Assembly (NCBI GenBank): GCA_951406725.2
Contig: OX597820.1
Coordinates: forward strand, 49,352,001 to 49,416,000
Reading direction: 5' to 3'
DNA length: 64,000 nucleotides
From: Octopus vulgaris
Lineage: Eukaryota
Made by a program: the position numbers and the translations under genes. Below, piece by piece: positions 1 through 12,729 of the stretch. Under the pieces are notes generated by a model. The model did not search any database. It saw nothing but the letters and a program-made list of their open reading frames with translations, and had not been told where the DNA came from. Numbering within the stretch: position 1 is the stretch's first letter; every line of letters begins with the position of its first letter.

Positions 1-1020
1 GATAGAAAAGCAACAGGGAGGAGAAGAACCAGACCAGCCACAACACTTCTCTCACTCTCCATCCTACCTGACGTTTGACATATTGTACTCTCCTCTACTC
101 CTTTGACCTATGTCAGCGTAGTACAATATAATTGCTAGATCATATATCTACATTTAAATATCCTTAGAGATAGAACGTTTGGAAACAGAAGAAATTCGAC
201 TGTGGAAGAATGAAATGAAGAAGAGAAGAAGAGGGTAAAAAAAAAACGAAGAATAGAAGTAGTAGAGAATGAGCGGTGGACGTCTTCAAATGAAGATAGA
301 GAGAGAAGAGGGAGTTGTATATTGGCATTTTCTTGGAGGTTCCATACGAGTTAGTGTCTAAGTTGTAACACAATACCTGCATTGATGCCCAATTGGTCGC
401 CTATGTATGTGTCTTTGTTTAGAAAGACGTATGAATATGTGTATTTATATTCTGTGTGAGTGTTTATGTTTGTGTGTGTGTATGAGCGTGCGTGAGTGCG
501 TGTGCTTGTCTGTCTTTAATTCTCAGAGTGCACATGTAGTGACGTTGATCTTTATAGACGCAGGTCTGTTTCTGTTTAACTGTCTCTCTCACTCACTTTC
601 TCTGTCTCTCACTCACTTCCTCTCTCTGTCTCTCACTCACTTCCTCTCTCTCTCACTCTCTACCTCTCTCTCTCACTCTCTTCCTTGCTCTCTTCTTTTC
701 TCTCTCTATTTTTATGTCTCTTTCCCCTCTCTCAGTACGTTTATATATGTGTATGTGGTTGTGCGTGATAGTGATGCGTTTAAGTGTTCAAATATATCGT
801 ATTTTATAAAGATGCATATTCATATATGCAAAAATATTTAGATATATGCGTATAGCTTTCCCCGCAAGTATATAGCTACGTGTATGATGAGTATGTGTAT
901 GACTATATACATGCGTGTGTGTGTTGTTTGTATATACGCATCTTTATCTGTAAGATTATCATCAAAATCAGTGTTGTACTTACGTGCATATATACACACA
1001 TACGCACACACATATATATG

Positions 1021-1068
<48 letters not shown>

Positions 1069-1309
1069 AGCATATATGCGTACACAGACACAAACATACA
1101 CATACACGCACAAACACAAAACCATACACATACACATACACACACACACTCATGAAGCGAGAGAGATACAGGGAGAGAAAAAGATGTTTGTGTGAGTGTA
1201 CCTTTGAATATTTATTGCTCTGTATATACAAATTCATGTTATATATTATCCGGTCAGCTATATCATGTATAATGAAATTTATTTTAATATATATTTCTTA
1301 AAAAGATGC

Positions 1310-1570
1310 TGGCATCTCGTGGCCGTGAAGTGTTAGGGTTTTGGACACAATAATCATAAGATTGTGGCTGTTTCGACTCTTGGACTGGGTGCTGCTTTTT
1401 GTTCTTGAACTATACCTTTCATTTCACGTTGATCCATTCTACTCACCTAGTAGAAATGAATATTCCTGCGAGGTATCTCAGTCTTGTTCAGAGGGGGTGG
1501 GTGTATATACCATAGAAAATCTAGGAAACCGGTCATATGTGTCAATATGACTCGAGAAGGAGTTTTATCC
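1310..1570 (+). mobile_element. Decayed tRNA-derived SINE related to family C (shares its 3' tail)
   Basis: A-box-like 'gtgttaggg' and B-box-like 'gtttcgactc'; the 3' part 'ggaaaccggtcatatg...gactcgagaagg' aligns by eye with the tail of the SINE at 29662-29958 ('gggaaaccggcccttatg...ggctcgagaagg'). Confidence 0.55.
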
Positions 1571-1925
1571 TTTATCTGAAAGAGACAGAGGTTACTTAAA
1601 TATTTCAATGTATATTTCGAATAAAAGAAATTACTAGGTGACTCTTCGTGTCATTTAATAAAATTCCTCTCATTTTCATCTTTCAATTATGCTACTTTCA
1701 ACATGACGTCCAGAGTCAAATGATTCGCTTCCATTTACATTATCTTGGATTAGACGATCATACTTGCACTTGTTTACAGTTATAACTTATATTAAAGGTC
1801 ATTCAACTCACACATTTTGTTGGAGACAATACTTACCTGTAGTAACTCTTCTTGACCATTACCTATCGTAATACACCTTGTTAACTTCTTCATTGTAAGT
1901 AAATATTACATTTCAAGAATAATCT

Positions 1926-2037
1926 CCATGCCGTTATCGAGTTCTTGACAAAAGAGAAGTACATGGTATCCATAGATCGCTACAAGCTCTCAATGGAGAT
2001 CACCGCACTGGCCAGAGACTTGTGCAAAGTAGGTGAG
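1926..2037 (+). pseudogene. Mariner transposase N-terminal (HTH) relic
   Basis: Frameshifted translation HAVIEFLTKE / VHGIHRSLQALNGDHRTGQRLVQ resembles the mariner N-terminal pattern RAVIEFL..EG....EIHRRL..VYGD. Confidence 0.5.
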
Positions 2038-2062
2038 TGGGTAGGTTAAAAAAGGAAAAAGC

Positions 2063-2525
2063 ACGGCCCTATATTTGAGAGATGATGTATTACGTACATT
2101 AATTACATTTGACGGATATTTGTCCTCATTTTGTTTGTTGTTAGCACAACGTTTCAGCTGATATACTCTCCAACCTTCATCAAGTATCCTGGGGAAATTT
2201 CGAACATTCGTTCCCATTCCTAAGGTATATTTCCGATGTTATTATTATTATTACTATTATTAATATTATTATTCAGGTCACTGCCTGGAATCGAACTCGG
2301 AATTTTGGGGTTAGTAGCACTACGCCATATGCCCTTGGGCAATTATGGAGTGAATTTTAGGGCTTATATATCTAATACTTTCCTTAGTATATCTCATACT
2401 TTCCTGAGGAATGAGAATCCAAATTCGAAATTTCCCCAGGGCACCTGATGAGGGCTGGAGAGTATATCAGCCGAAACGTGTTTGCAACAAACAAGATGAG
2501 GGCAAATATCTGTCGAATGTAAATA
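2063..2525. mobile_element. Penelope-like terminal repeat present as an inverted pair (about 2102-2224 and 2403-2524), each with a hammerhead-like core, around a tRNA-like segment
   Basis: The two ~120-bp arms are reverse complements at roughly 80% identity by eye. CTGATGA (2445-2451) and GAAAC (2473-2477) enclose a ggctg/cagcc stem. A tRNA-like A/B-box segment lies on the minus strand at about 2272-2334. Confidence 0.65.
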
Positions 2526-4148
2526 AGGTAAAAACAGTATTGATGGCAAATTAATTACTGGAAAGCCATGAAGTGTAACCGAAATATTTAGCATTGATGC
2601 GTACTCTATCATGCTGATTCTGTCTGAGAATTAAGCTAAGGATAATCTGGCTCTGGAATAGTAGGTTCTTTACACTCTAATAAAGTCTAATGGTATTTTA
2701 GTCGATCGAACTACTGAATGCTCATCATTTGAATACTCACCACACAGAGTTATCAGTTATGCATTTTCTCTTTAGTCTGTAATTACTGTTATTTTGTGAA
2801 GTCATTATCTAAGGAAGGTTCTGGTTTATGATGAGGATTAAAAGATTCATTGTTGGAATATATCCGTAACGAAAATGCTTTCACATTGAGCATTGCATAT
2901 TTAGATTGTTTCATTTATAGATTGTATTTTTTAACTTGCGTGTGTGTTTGTATGCATGTATGTATTTCATTCACACACATAACCAATTCGTACACACACA
3001 TACCTACGCACACACACAGACACACACACGCACATACACACACACACACTCACATACACATGTATTGAAATATGTCACACGCATAATCAACTAACTTTGT
3101 AATATTTCTTCCGACTCATTACGTTCATAGCCGTAAATGTTGTTGTGTTGACTGTGTTTTAGTTAAATCTGTCTTTAAATCTGTCAGAGTTATCTCTCTT
3201 CAGTATTTTCCATTGATTACGTCTAATAAGCTAGAAACGCAGTGTCTGGGAATCTGACAGTACTGGACAAATATGGTAGGTTCACACCTTTTACCATACG
3301 AAGGAAATATTTTTTCCTCCACACTAACTGCAATGAATTTTTTGCCTTTAGAAGTTAAAATCTGTCACCAAAATATTTTAACTAACGAAACGTTCGCGCG
3401 CACGCACACACACATATATACACACAATGAGATGGCAAAAGAAATAAGCGACTGTCTTATGAACTTCATCAGCTTACAAACTGATTCTGCAGAGCGATGC
3501 AGTGGACTTATAGTTCAGTGTTTGAATAACACGTGATACCTTCATCAGAGCTTCGAATGAGAAATGCTCTTCATAAATTACACTTAGAGAGTGACCTATC
3601 AGGCGCTTAGCTGTATATGCAACCCGTCAGACTCAAATTGCCGGTGACACACACCTCTCTAGATTATGTGCCTCCAGCCATAAAAAGCAGTCTTTTACAC
3701 GTATGTATGTATGTATGCATGTATGTATGTATATAAATCCATGTTTTCTTCTATGTATGAGTGCAACAATATTTGTGTGTACAAATATGTCGTATGTATG
3801 CGTGTATATTCCTACAGTTATGTATATGCCCAAGTATATTTATGATATGTGGCTATGCATCTTATATATACATAATAATTAAGGTATCATTGGAAGGTAC
3901 CATAACGAAAAAAAGGTAAACATTGCAAGTGATATTGTTTACAGTACATTTTCAATTCAGTTATCTACTCCTGTCTATGCACATTGTGTATGTAATGTAA
4001 ACAGTCTGAAAAACTACTTACAAGCATTATTAATTCTTCGAACAAAAAAAAACTTTTGCAAATCTCAATAACTCCATTGTTCAATAAAGATTCTTTATTG
4101 TGTTCATTTCCATATATATATATATATATATACAGATAGATAGATAGG

Positions 4149-4212
<64 letters not shown>

Positions 4213-4236
4213 TAGATATACACATATACTTATATG

Positions 4237-4305
<69 letters not shown>

Positions 4306-4535
4306 ATATACATATATATATATATCACGAACAAGCTTTCAGTTTGTGTTATGTCTGACTGTCATCTCCAGGATATATTTGTATTAACATATTAACATCT
4401 CAGTTGTTCTTGCACTAAGGAGAGACATCATTATTGAAGATTACACGTGTAGACACAGTTATGCATACACACATACACATGCATAATATGTACACACACG
4501 CGTACACACACGCACACACACATACACACACACAC

Positions 4536-4592
<57 letters not shown>

Positions 4593-4667
4593 CTATATGT
4601 GTGTGTATGTGTTTGTGTTTGTATTATATTCACATATGCGCAGTAATACCAAATTAGCTACGATAAT

Positions 4668-4880
4668 AACGGTTTCCACCTTGGTTCAAGGCCTGTAATT
4701 TCATGTAAGGGGGTAAGGTGATTACAACAATCCCAGTGTTCAACTGGTTCTGATTTCTGAGGTTGACTCCCCAAAGGGGTCAACCTCAGCATAATTTGCT
4801 TTCAGATCGTAATAAGTCGGAAGAAATACTACAAAGTAATTTTTTTCATGTCGCTCTGACAGTTTTGCCTGTTCACCGGC
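4668..4880 (-). mobile_element. Decayed SINE, family A
   Basis: Aligns by eye with the better copies at 41796-42012 and 42088-42298 ('cccagtgttcaactggt', 'gtcaacctcagc...atttg..tcag'). Confidence 0.55.
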
Positions 4881-5610
4881 TAACAACAACAATTATAACA
4901 CGCAAAACATATCTACTGTCTGATACGACTCTTGTGGCCATGAATCTTTTGGTTTTAAAATATATTTGTCTGAACTAAGGCGCAGTATTCATGACCTTTA
5001 TGGTCTTTTCATAAACCAAACATTATGATACGTTTGGGACCAATCAGAAAACCATTAACTTTTTATCAACATCAGCAATAATTACACTGATCACAAGAAA
5101 TAAGGTTTCAGAAGTTTTATGTTACGTGGAACAGTATACGGGCGTGGTGGTTGATGCAGAACCTGAAAGAGTGTCGAAACAGTGTGGGTGACGAGAATGG
5201 GCAGAGATGTGTTTCTCGTATAGGTTGCAATAAGCTAATCAATAAAATCACCCAATGTCCTCACACTGCCACGTAAAGGCTTGTTCCTTGCCTTCCGATA
5301 TCTTTCGTATTCTGAGTTCATACATCAGAGGCTCTGTAAAGAGCCATTGGCGATGGCTTTCATAGCTCTTATACCCACAAGTACTGACAGCACAACGCGA
5401 ATTGAGTCTTCTCCAAGCATCCTTATTGTCTTCTTATCTCTGAGTTTCACTCGCAATGTTGCATAAAGACGAGCAGCGGAACAAACGGTATTTTCGAAAT
5501 TGCTACCGAAATGACACAGGGTTATATCTTGTTAGTGTTTCTGCCCCTGATAGAGATCGATTTCATTATATGGCAAGCTATGTAATGACTAAGGGACGTA
5601 AGTTATACAA

Positions 5611-5807
5611 GTTTCAAAGTTTGGTACAAAGTCATCAATTTTGGTCGGAGCAGGTACTCGATCACATCGCCCCCAATCCTAAACTATCACTCAATCTGTC
5701 CACACCCTATGGATGAATAGCAAATTTGATCTGGGTGGTATTTGAACTCAGGCTATAAAGAAACGAAAGAAACGCCAGTAACGGTTCTTCTAGCCAGCTC
5801 GTGCCTT
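5611..5807 (-). mobile_element. Decayed SINE, family A
   Basis: 'tttggtacaaag...atttgaactcag...gccagctcgtgcctta' matches the family A copies at 41.8-42.3 kb. Confidence 0.6.
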
Positions 5808-7131
5808 ATGAAGAAATAATGAAAAAGGATTTTCTTAATATTGGTTATCATTTGGGTTGGTTTTCTTCTTGTTTTACTATGCTGTTATTGATGTAATATT
5901 TAGCAACTGAAGCAAGTTTGATTGGGGCGGGAATTGAACACAGAAAGTAAGAGAATGTTATTATTTTCATTGTCGTTTTCCCTGTTGCGATTATTGTTGC
6001 TCTAATACCTGATCCTAGTTTCGTTCCTGCTGTTATTAGTGTTAGCATTCTTCTTATTGTTTTTATTGCTTTGATCGACTTGTGACTCATGCTGGTGAAG
6101 ATGTATTTATTATCGCAGTTGATGTTCTTCTTATTATTATTGTTGTTGTTGTTGTTGCTGCTGCTATTGTTGTTGTTGTTAGTGCAGTGGCTGCTGCTGT
6201 TGTTAACCTCTTTAGTATACCTGTAAGCCAAAAACACCGATGGAATCTCTATGAAATCACCTCATTTACTAATGAGTGTACCAAAACAGTGAAACTAAAT
6301 TAACAGCAGTCGAAGTAAACACATAATCCCTCTGGCGTAACAGCATGCGCGCGCACACATGCACAGAACCTTCTCTCTCACACACATTCTCACCCCCATA
6401 CACATCACTAGAAACCCTAACACACAACATAAACGTATGTATATGTACATGTATATGTATTTTGTGTGTGTGTGTGTATGTGTGTACTTAATCCCATATA
6501 AATATATTTATATGCGAATATGTGCATGTGTTTTTATGTAATATATACACATGTGCAAACGTGCTCAAACAACTAAATACAGTACATACACAAACATCAT
6601 CCTTTGCAATTTAAATTCTTAGCTCCTTGTTAATTTTACAGTCTCTTCTGTAGTAAGGAATTGAAGGATGAATAGACTATGCATTTGTATTCATACAAAC
6701 ACACGCTATATACAAATATATGTTTTTACCCAGATGTACGTAAGAGAATTTTTTCACGACAGATCTATAAAATTACCTCGTATATATAATGACATACTAC
6801 GTATATAAACATGTGCAACTCGTAAATTCTTTGTCATCCATCCATCCAGCCATCCAGCCACACATTTTTCTATTTACAGCAAGATGAAAACTCATCAAAA
6901 CAGGAACAAATGATCCAAGGTTATAACCATTCCACCGACCCACCGCTCTGAACTGGTAGTTTATGTTAGACTTCAAAATGATGTAAAGATATGTTGTACT
7001 CTTCGGGATTTGAACGTAGATCACAGATAGCTAGAAAAGCTACGAAAGCTTTATTCAGTATTATATAATAATTTAAATAGAATAATAAATTCATGATACT
7101 GTAATTGTGAAGTGTATAAGAATGTATAGTG

Positions 7132-7497
7132 TCATCATATCATGGCTCGGCTTCGCGAACAAAGATCAGGAAGGTTGTCCACGTCGTGTGCATAGGGTCA
7201 AGACTACGGTTTCCAGTGACATCTTCCACCTGCCGCTTTCGCCCCTTTCCCATCGCTGCAGGGCTTTTAGGATGTCTGGTCACAGAACGTGGATATGTCT
7301 TTGGCCTGCGCTAGGGAGTTTTAAGGTGAAGTGCAGTGCGCACAAACTGGCCCCACCCTTTAAGTACGAGGTTCTTCTGCCATGGCCTAGCGAGCTGGGA
7401 CGGTGACTGCGAGATCATCGGGCCGTAGGTTTGAAGTCGGAGTTACCCTCTCCTAGGACGGTTGCCGACCACGGCTGACGAGCTCCTCCCCTGCCCG
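7132..7497 (-). mobile_element. Non-autonomous RTE-like element (5'UTR-like part joined to a 3' end with an (ATG)n-type tail)
   Basis: GC-rich island in AT-rich DNA. The minus strand begins 'gagctcgtcagccgtggtcggcaaccgtcctaggagagggtaactccgacttcaaacc', resembling RTE-clade 5' ends, and finishes 'gaagccgagccatgatatgatga'. No RT or endonuclease coding sequence lies between. Confidence 0.55.
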
Positions 7498-9347
7498 TGC
7501 CATATATTGTACAGACAACAGTGATTAAGAAGTAATTAGGAAGTATATATATATGAATCTGTTTATGAATAGCACAGAAATATTAACAGAACATAGCCTG
7601 TCAACTGTACGTATTTACTAACATATCTTTAAGTTTTCTGTCTCTCAGATTTGAGCACGAATCTACACCTTGACAGCTAATCCACTAGGGCGTAGAATTT
7701 GCTAAGGTTTTGTTTTAGTTATTATAGAAGACTAACAGCTATTTATGCAGTACGCATTATCAAAGTAAGGGCACGTATATTTTGACGCCTGTAACATTAT
7801 TGACAAATTCAGAATGTCAATTATTCGGAATCAGTTACTGCAAATCAATTTCATCAGCGCTTTAATTCCTCCTTCCTGTTACTGTCTTTGAGCGGTATTT
7901 TATTTTATGGAAACCAGGAGGATAAAATGCAAAAGTTCTCATCTCAACAGGATTTAAACTTCGATGTAAAGAGCCGAAACAAATCACGCAGGATGTATTT
8001 GTCAGACTCACCATCGATTTTACAAAACCACCTCGAATATATCCATATAATCTTAAACATTTCAGAATGTATTCACTGTTTTACGCACACATTAACACAG
8101 AAGAATTTTCACGTCCGTATGCAAGCACGCTGAGTGTATAAAAGGACATAATTTTCTCTTTTCTGTGGAAAGTAATGCTTCAAACAAAGCGTTTCCTAAT
8201 TCTCCTGAGATATTTACATATATGCATTTAAGAAAGGGCGTGCAATGATTCATCAGAGAAACTGATCACCTATGAACTAAACTGGAGATGTCACGAAGAG
8301 ATCATCTGAATAAATTGTGTGTGTGAATACACTGCTCGCTATACATATGTAAACTCTTAATGAAAAACTGAAAATATATCAAACAAACTGAATGCCTCGC
8401 GCATTAAAAGAACAAAACTATAAAACTTATTTTTCATTTTGAGATGTTATGCGAGGGATTTTGTATGGTACCATGAAAATGTACCAGAGACGAGGGAAAT
8501 GGATGTGAAATTAAAGTGAAATTTTTTTATGATTCCTTAATCATAGTAGTGAAATTCCAGATACACTAAAAGCAAGGTGATTCGCAGTTATTTCAGTATT
8601 TAAGGTAACATCTGTACTGAAAAACAAACTTGTGATATCTTAAAAATGTATTAAGGGGTGGTTTGCTGCGATCACTAAACTTATCTTAGCTATGATTCAT
8701 CTTAGAAATATATAGAAGATTTCATTGCTTTCTATAAAATATCGAAAAATTATGATGATAAGCGGCATGTATATTATCCTCTGTCAATGGTTTTCACAAA
8801 ATTCTTTGACATTTAGCCAAGTGCCAGGGCTTCAGTAAATTGTGTGATATGGATGAATTATATAAAGATTATATAATTGTAGAGACAATTATTAATACTC
8901 CTGGTCAATAGAAGTATCCTACAGATAAGAAGTGTACGGCAGAAACACACACATACACACGCACACAGACACAAAATATTTATATACAAACATACTTAAA
9001 TATATATATTCAGGGCAATCTGAAGTAAGCTAATGTAATGTGCTACGAAAACAAACGTTATCAAATCTGCATTTAAAGTGGTTAACACTTCTAAATTCTA
9101 ATTCCATTGTTTGCATTTTAGTTAATAAACGATATTTTACGAAGCCTAACTACTGACATTGAAGACTTGGGGAAGAGGGACACATCAACTGATGATAATA
9201 ACTGGGATGCTGAACAAGAATGTCCTAGATATTCGATCTACTAGAAGCTGCAGACAAACGCCTTTGAATCACATCACAACTTTATTACAAAACAAAAGTA
9301 TATATTGGAATGGAAATACAATCATATATATATATATATATATATAC

Positions 9348-9626
9348 TGATAAAAACGGTAAGATAACAAAATAATAAAAGAAAGAAAGAGACCACCATA
9401 TGTAAATATAGGAATTTATCTGTAAATGTAATATGTGACAATTATTCGGTAGCCAAGATAAAACTCCGAGTTTTGGATGCCAAGGTGGAAATCCACGCCA
9501 CTATCTTTTCAGCTATACGGCCATCGGAAAAATGCTATGAAAAATGACCGTTATACAAAGGGAAATTACTGTGGTATTGGCCGCTATTAAGACAAAAGAG
9601 CTATTCGAATGACCGCTAAAAGCAAG

Positions 9627-9629
<3 letters not shown>
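9348..9629 (-). mobile_element. Penelope-like terminal segment with a decayed hammerhead core, flanked by (TA)n
   Basis: Bounded by TA arrays on both sides. The minus strand reads ctgaaaa-gatag...gcatc-caaa-ctcggag-ttt, a hammerhead layout with two core substitutions. Confidence 0.45.
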
Positions 9630-9675
<46 letters not shown>

Positions 9676-9836
9676 CGTAAGTGAAAGAAGACGTGACTGT
9701 CATGACTGGAAAACCTTTGATTTCGGGTCTGCTGGAGTATATTTGCCTATAAGTCTATCCAGTCTTGGGTGACCAGGCGTTCAATAACGCAAAAATAACA
9801 GCATTCTGTGCAAGATTCACCAAACTGTTCTAAAAT

Positions 9837-9880
<44 letters not shown>

Positions 9881-11196
9881 CTCTATCTCTTTGATAGCAA
9901 TAGAAATATCATATGGTAGAAACGAGTGTGGCACAAGTGTGCTCCACCCTTTATACCAACTGAAACTTTGAAATTGTTTTGAAAACGAACCAATACTTCA
10001 CAGTAATACATACATAAACACATAGAATATAAGAAGTGGGCTCTCTTGTGGTGTTGTTGTAGGTGGTGGTGGTCTTTCTTTTATAAACAGCTTATTTTTG
10101 TTTTTTCAGATGCCAGTGGCATCAAAGACACTGAACCAACAGAAGAACAAACAGTTTTGCATAGATTCCCTTCGGTAAATAAACAAAAGGAAATAGAGAC
10201 ATCCTAAAATAATAAGAGAAAAAACAACAACGACAAAAACCAGTGATAAGACTAAAATATAAATAAATGTGTTCTTTAACACCAATTTTATTCATCTGTT
10301 TATCCAACCATTCTTTGGTGTCTATTTACCAAAGATAGTATTACCAAAATCTGTGTGGGCCATATACGTGTATTCTTAAAATTATTGCTTCATTTAAATT
10401 GAAGGAGAGAAAAGTAATTCTTTTCACGTGTTGTTTAAATCTCAAAAGACTAAACGATGTTCTCAATAAACTGAAACTATTCAAATTTTAAATATGATAG
10501 CCTAATTGACTTGAAGTTTTGGCAATTCGTTATAAAGATATCGGACCTGCAGTGATTGCGACTTTACAAGAAGCAATTAGAGAAAATAAATTTATTCTAT
10601 ATCAGCTTCGACTGATATTAAGGTGTAAATATCACAAAAATTGTCATGGCATATGCAGAAATTCACTGCTTTGCCGTAATATTAAAATCATTCAAAATAA
10701 ATGAATAGTTGAAAAAATAAATAAATATATAAATAATCGTTAATAGTTGAGAAGCTCATAGCGATTTCATGATTTGCATATCGCAGTTTATACATTCTTC
10801 ATGCTCGGCGCATTTAAGCGCGCCTGTCATAAAGTTTTCTGTGATGTTTGCAATTCAGTTTTCAGCTCGTCTCTTCAGGGTAAGGATTCTGACTTATTGA
10901 AGACGAGATGTCGAATAAATTTATTTTTCACAAATTTACATCCGTTAATTAGTTTTATCAGTTTCTTGTTTTCTATGCGGAAATATCAATATTTTCTCAT
11001 CACCATAAATCCAGCATCTAGATTTTTTTCACTGTTGCATATTTTTTTTTATTAGATAAATGTTTTTTAAAAACGTTCATAAACTCGTACAATATACTTC
11101 TAATCAACAGTGACCTGGTGTAATTCAGTCTCTATGCTATTGCTTGAAATTTTTCAAGCAATTTTCATGTATTGTTTTTTATTAGTAGTGGACTAT

Positions 11197-11418
11197 AAGG
11201 CAGTGAGATAGTAGAATCTTGAGGGCATCGGGAAAATGCTTTGCAAAATTTGTTACGGTTCTTTGCGTTTTCAGACAAAAGTGTTTCCAGGGAATTCAAC
11301 TTTGAATTTCACCTTCTCCAAGTCTATAAAACAAAATACTAATCAAATCCTGAGGTCAATAGTATCAACAAAGTTCATTCACTGAATATTGCTGGTCTTA
11401 TGTTTAAATCAGCAACAT
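11197..11418 (+). mobile_element. Decayed SINE, family A
   Basis: 'aaggcagtgagatagtagaatc...aaaatgcttt...tcaactttg..tttcacctt...gtctataaaa...gaggtcaat...attgctggtcttatg' is collinear with the family A copy at 43288-43490. Confidence 0.55.
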
Positions 11419-12661
11419 TTCGTAAAGGGCTATCATATTGCGTATCTCGAGAATTTTGATTTTAATAACATAATCGTGGTCCTTATATCCAGTCAGATGA
11501 GAGGAATGTTATGCACCACCCACTTTTCGCCGAAATGGATCTTTTGTTAAAAAATAAAATTGTATCCTATATCATATATATCTTGATCTGTAGCTCAATT
11601 AAGGTACAATTCAATTGGGACTTTGTGATAGCGATGTCAACTTCACAATGGAATCATTGCCTCAACAACTCAGTGAGTCAGACTGCAGATCACATTTATG
11701 AAGACATAGAATTTTGGGGACGTACTACATCGTTATGTTACTCGCACGTGAAAAATTATGACGAATTATAATTTTAATCATATTAATTTTTCAGTCATAC
11801 TCGTGTCCGAAGTGGTGATGGTGGAGGGCTGACTATATATTGGCTCAATCTGCAAGAAAGACCAGCTAAATCGCTTTCAGATCACATTTTACATTCATAA
11901 GAAATGTTGGATAGAACCATATACATCCAGGATGATGTAGTGATCGTTACCTTTCTTAAACAAAGGATGATGAGGGCTTGAACTCTTTGATCATAGATCT
12001 GATCAATCTTAGCTGACCTACAGATAAAAAAAAAACAATAGTTTCTACTTACACTACAAACGCCATATAAAACACAATAACCCATCTCTCTTTACCCTTA
12101 CAGTTACGTACATCGTACTATTTTGGATAATCTCATTTTATATAATTTTTGTCAATATCTGTAACCCCGCCCCCGCAAAAAAGGGAGATAATGACTGAGC
12201 GTTTACCAATATGTTTTGAAGGGAAATTTTAAGATGTATTCTTGGATTATTTCTTTTTTATTTATCGTATTCTTGAATTTTTACTTTAATGCAACTCCAC
12301 TACATTACATTATGCACGCTTTTGTGAATAGGGACTGGAGTCTGTCTACACTAAAATAAGTCCCATGTACTAGAATAAATCAACTGTTATCTGTTGCTGA
12401 CATTATAAATAGCTCACACATATAATCCAAATGTTAGAACACTGCTTACATACGAGTGCTGACACTAGTGCTGACACTAGTGCTGCGCATTGACGAACGT
12501 TCGAGAAACATCCTAGCACCTCAAAAGAGCAAGCTACTTGATTAGTAACGATTAATTTACGAAAACGCCCACATCTCATGCTCACAGACAATGCCATCTC
12601 TTTCCTGCCCTCCCGTTTTCGAAACCCCCTAACTCTCTCTCTCTCTACTTTGCCTGTCTGC

Positions 12662-12729
<68 letters not shown>
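12662..12729 (+). repeat. (TCTA)n microsatellite, left flank of the LINE insertion (resumes at about 13728-13817)
   Basis: Direct reading. Confidence 0.95.

Noticed and set aside
76-130. Alternative short hairpins (atattgtact/agtacaatat; tgacata/tatgtca) suggesting a pre-miRNA
   Set aside because: Stems are only 7-10 bp and mutually exclusive; no recognised mature sequence.
1831-1895. Perfect minus-strand donor CAG/GTAAGT with a short upstream ORF
   Set aside because: Adjacent to a mariner relic, with no convincing acceptor or recognisable peptide.
3500-3552. Minus-strand CTGATGA...GAActataagtc resembling a hammerhead
   Set aside because: GAAA is incomplete and stems I and II do not pair; at best a very old relic.
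12456-12487. 12-bp tandem repeat (gtgctgacacta x2.5)
   Set aside because: Ordinary slippage duplication; no spacers, so not CRISPR-like.
12578-12727. N-terminal 50 aa of the 258-aa ORF
   Set aside because: Read-through of flanking DNA and the (TCTA)n array; only 12728 onward is retroelement coding sequence.
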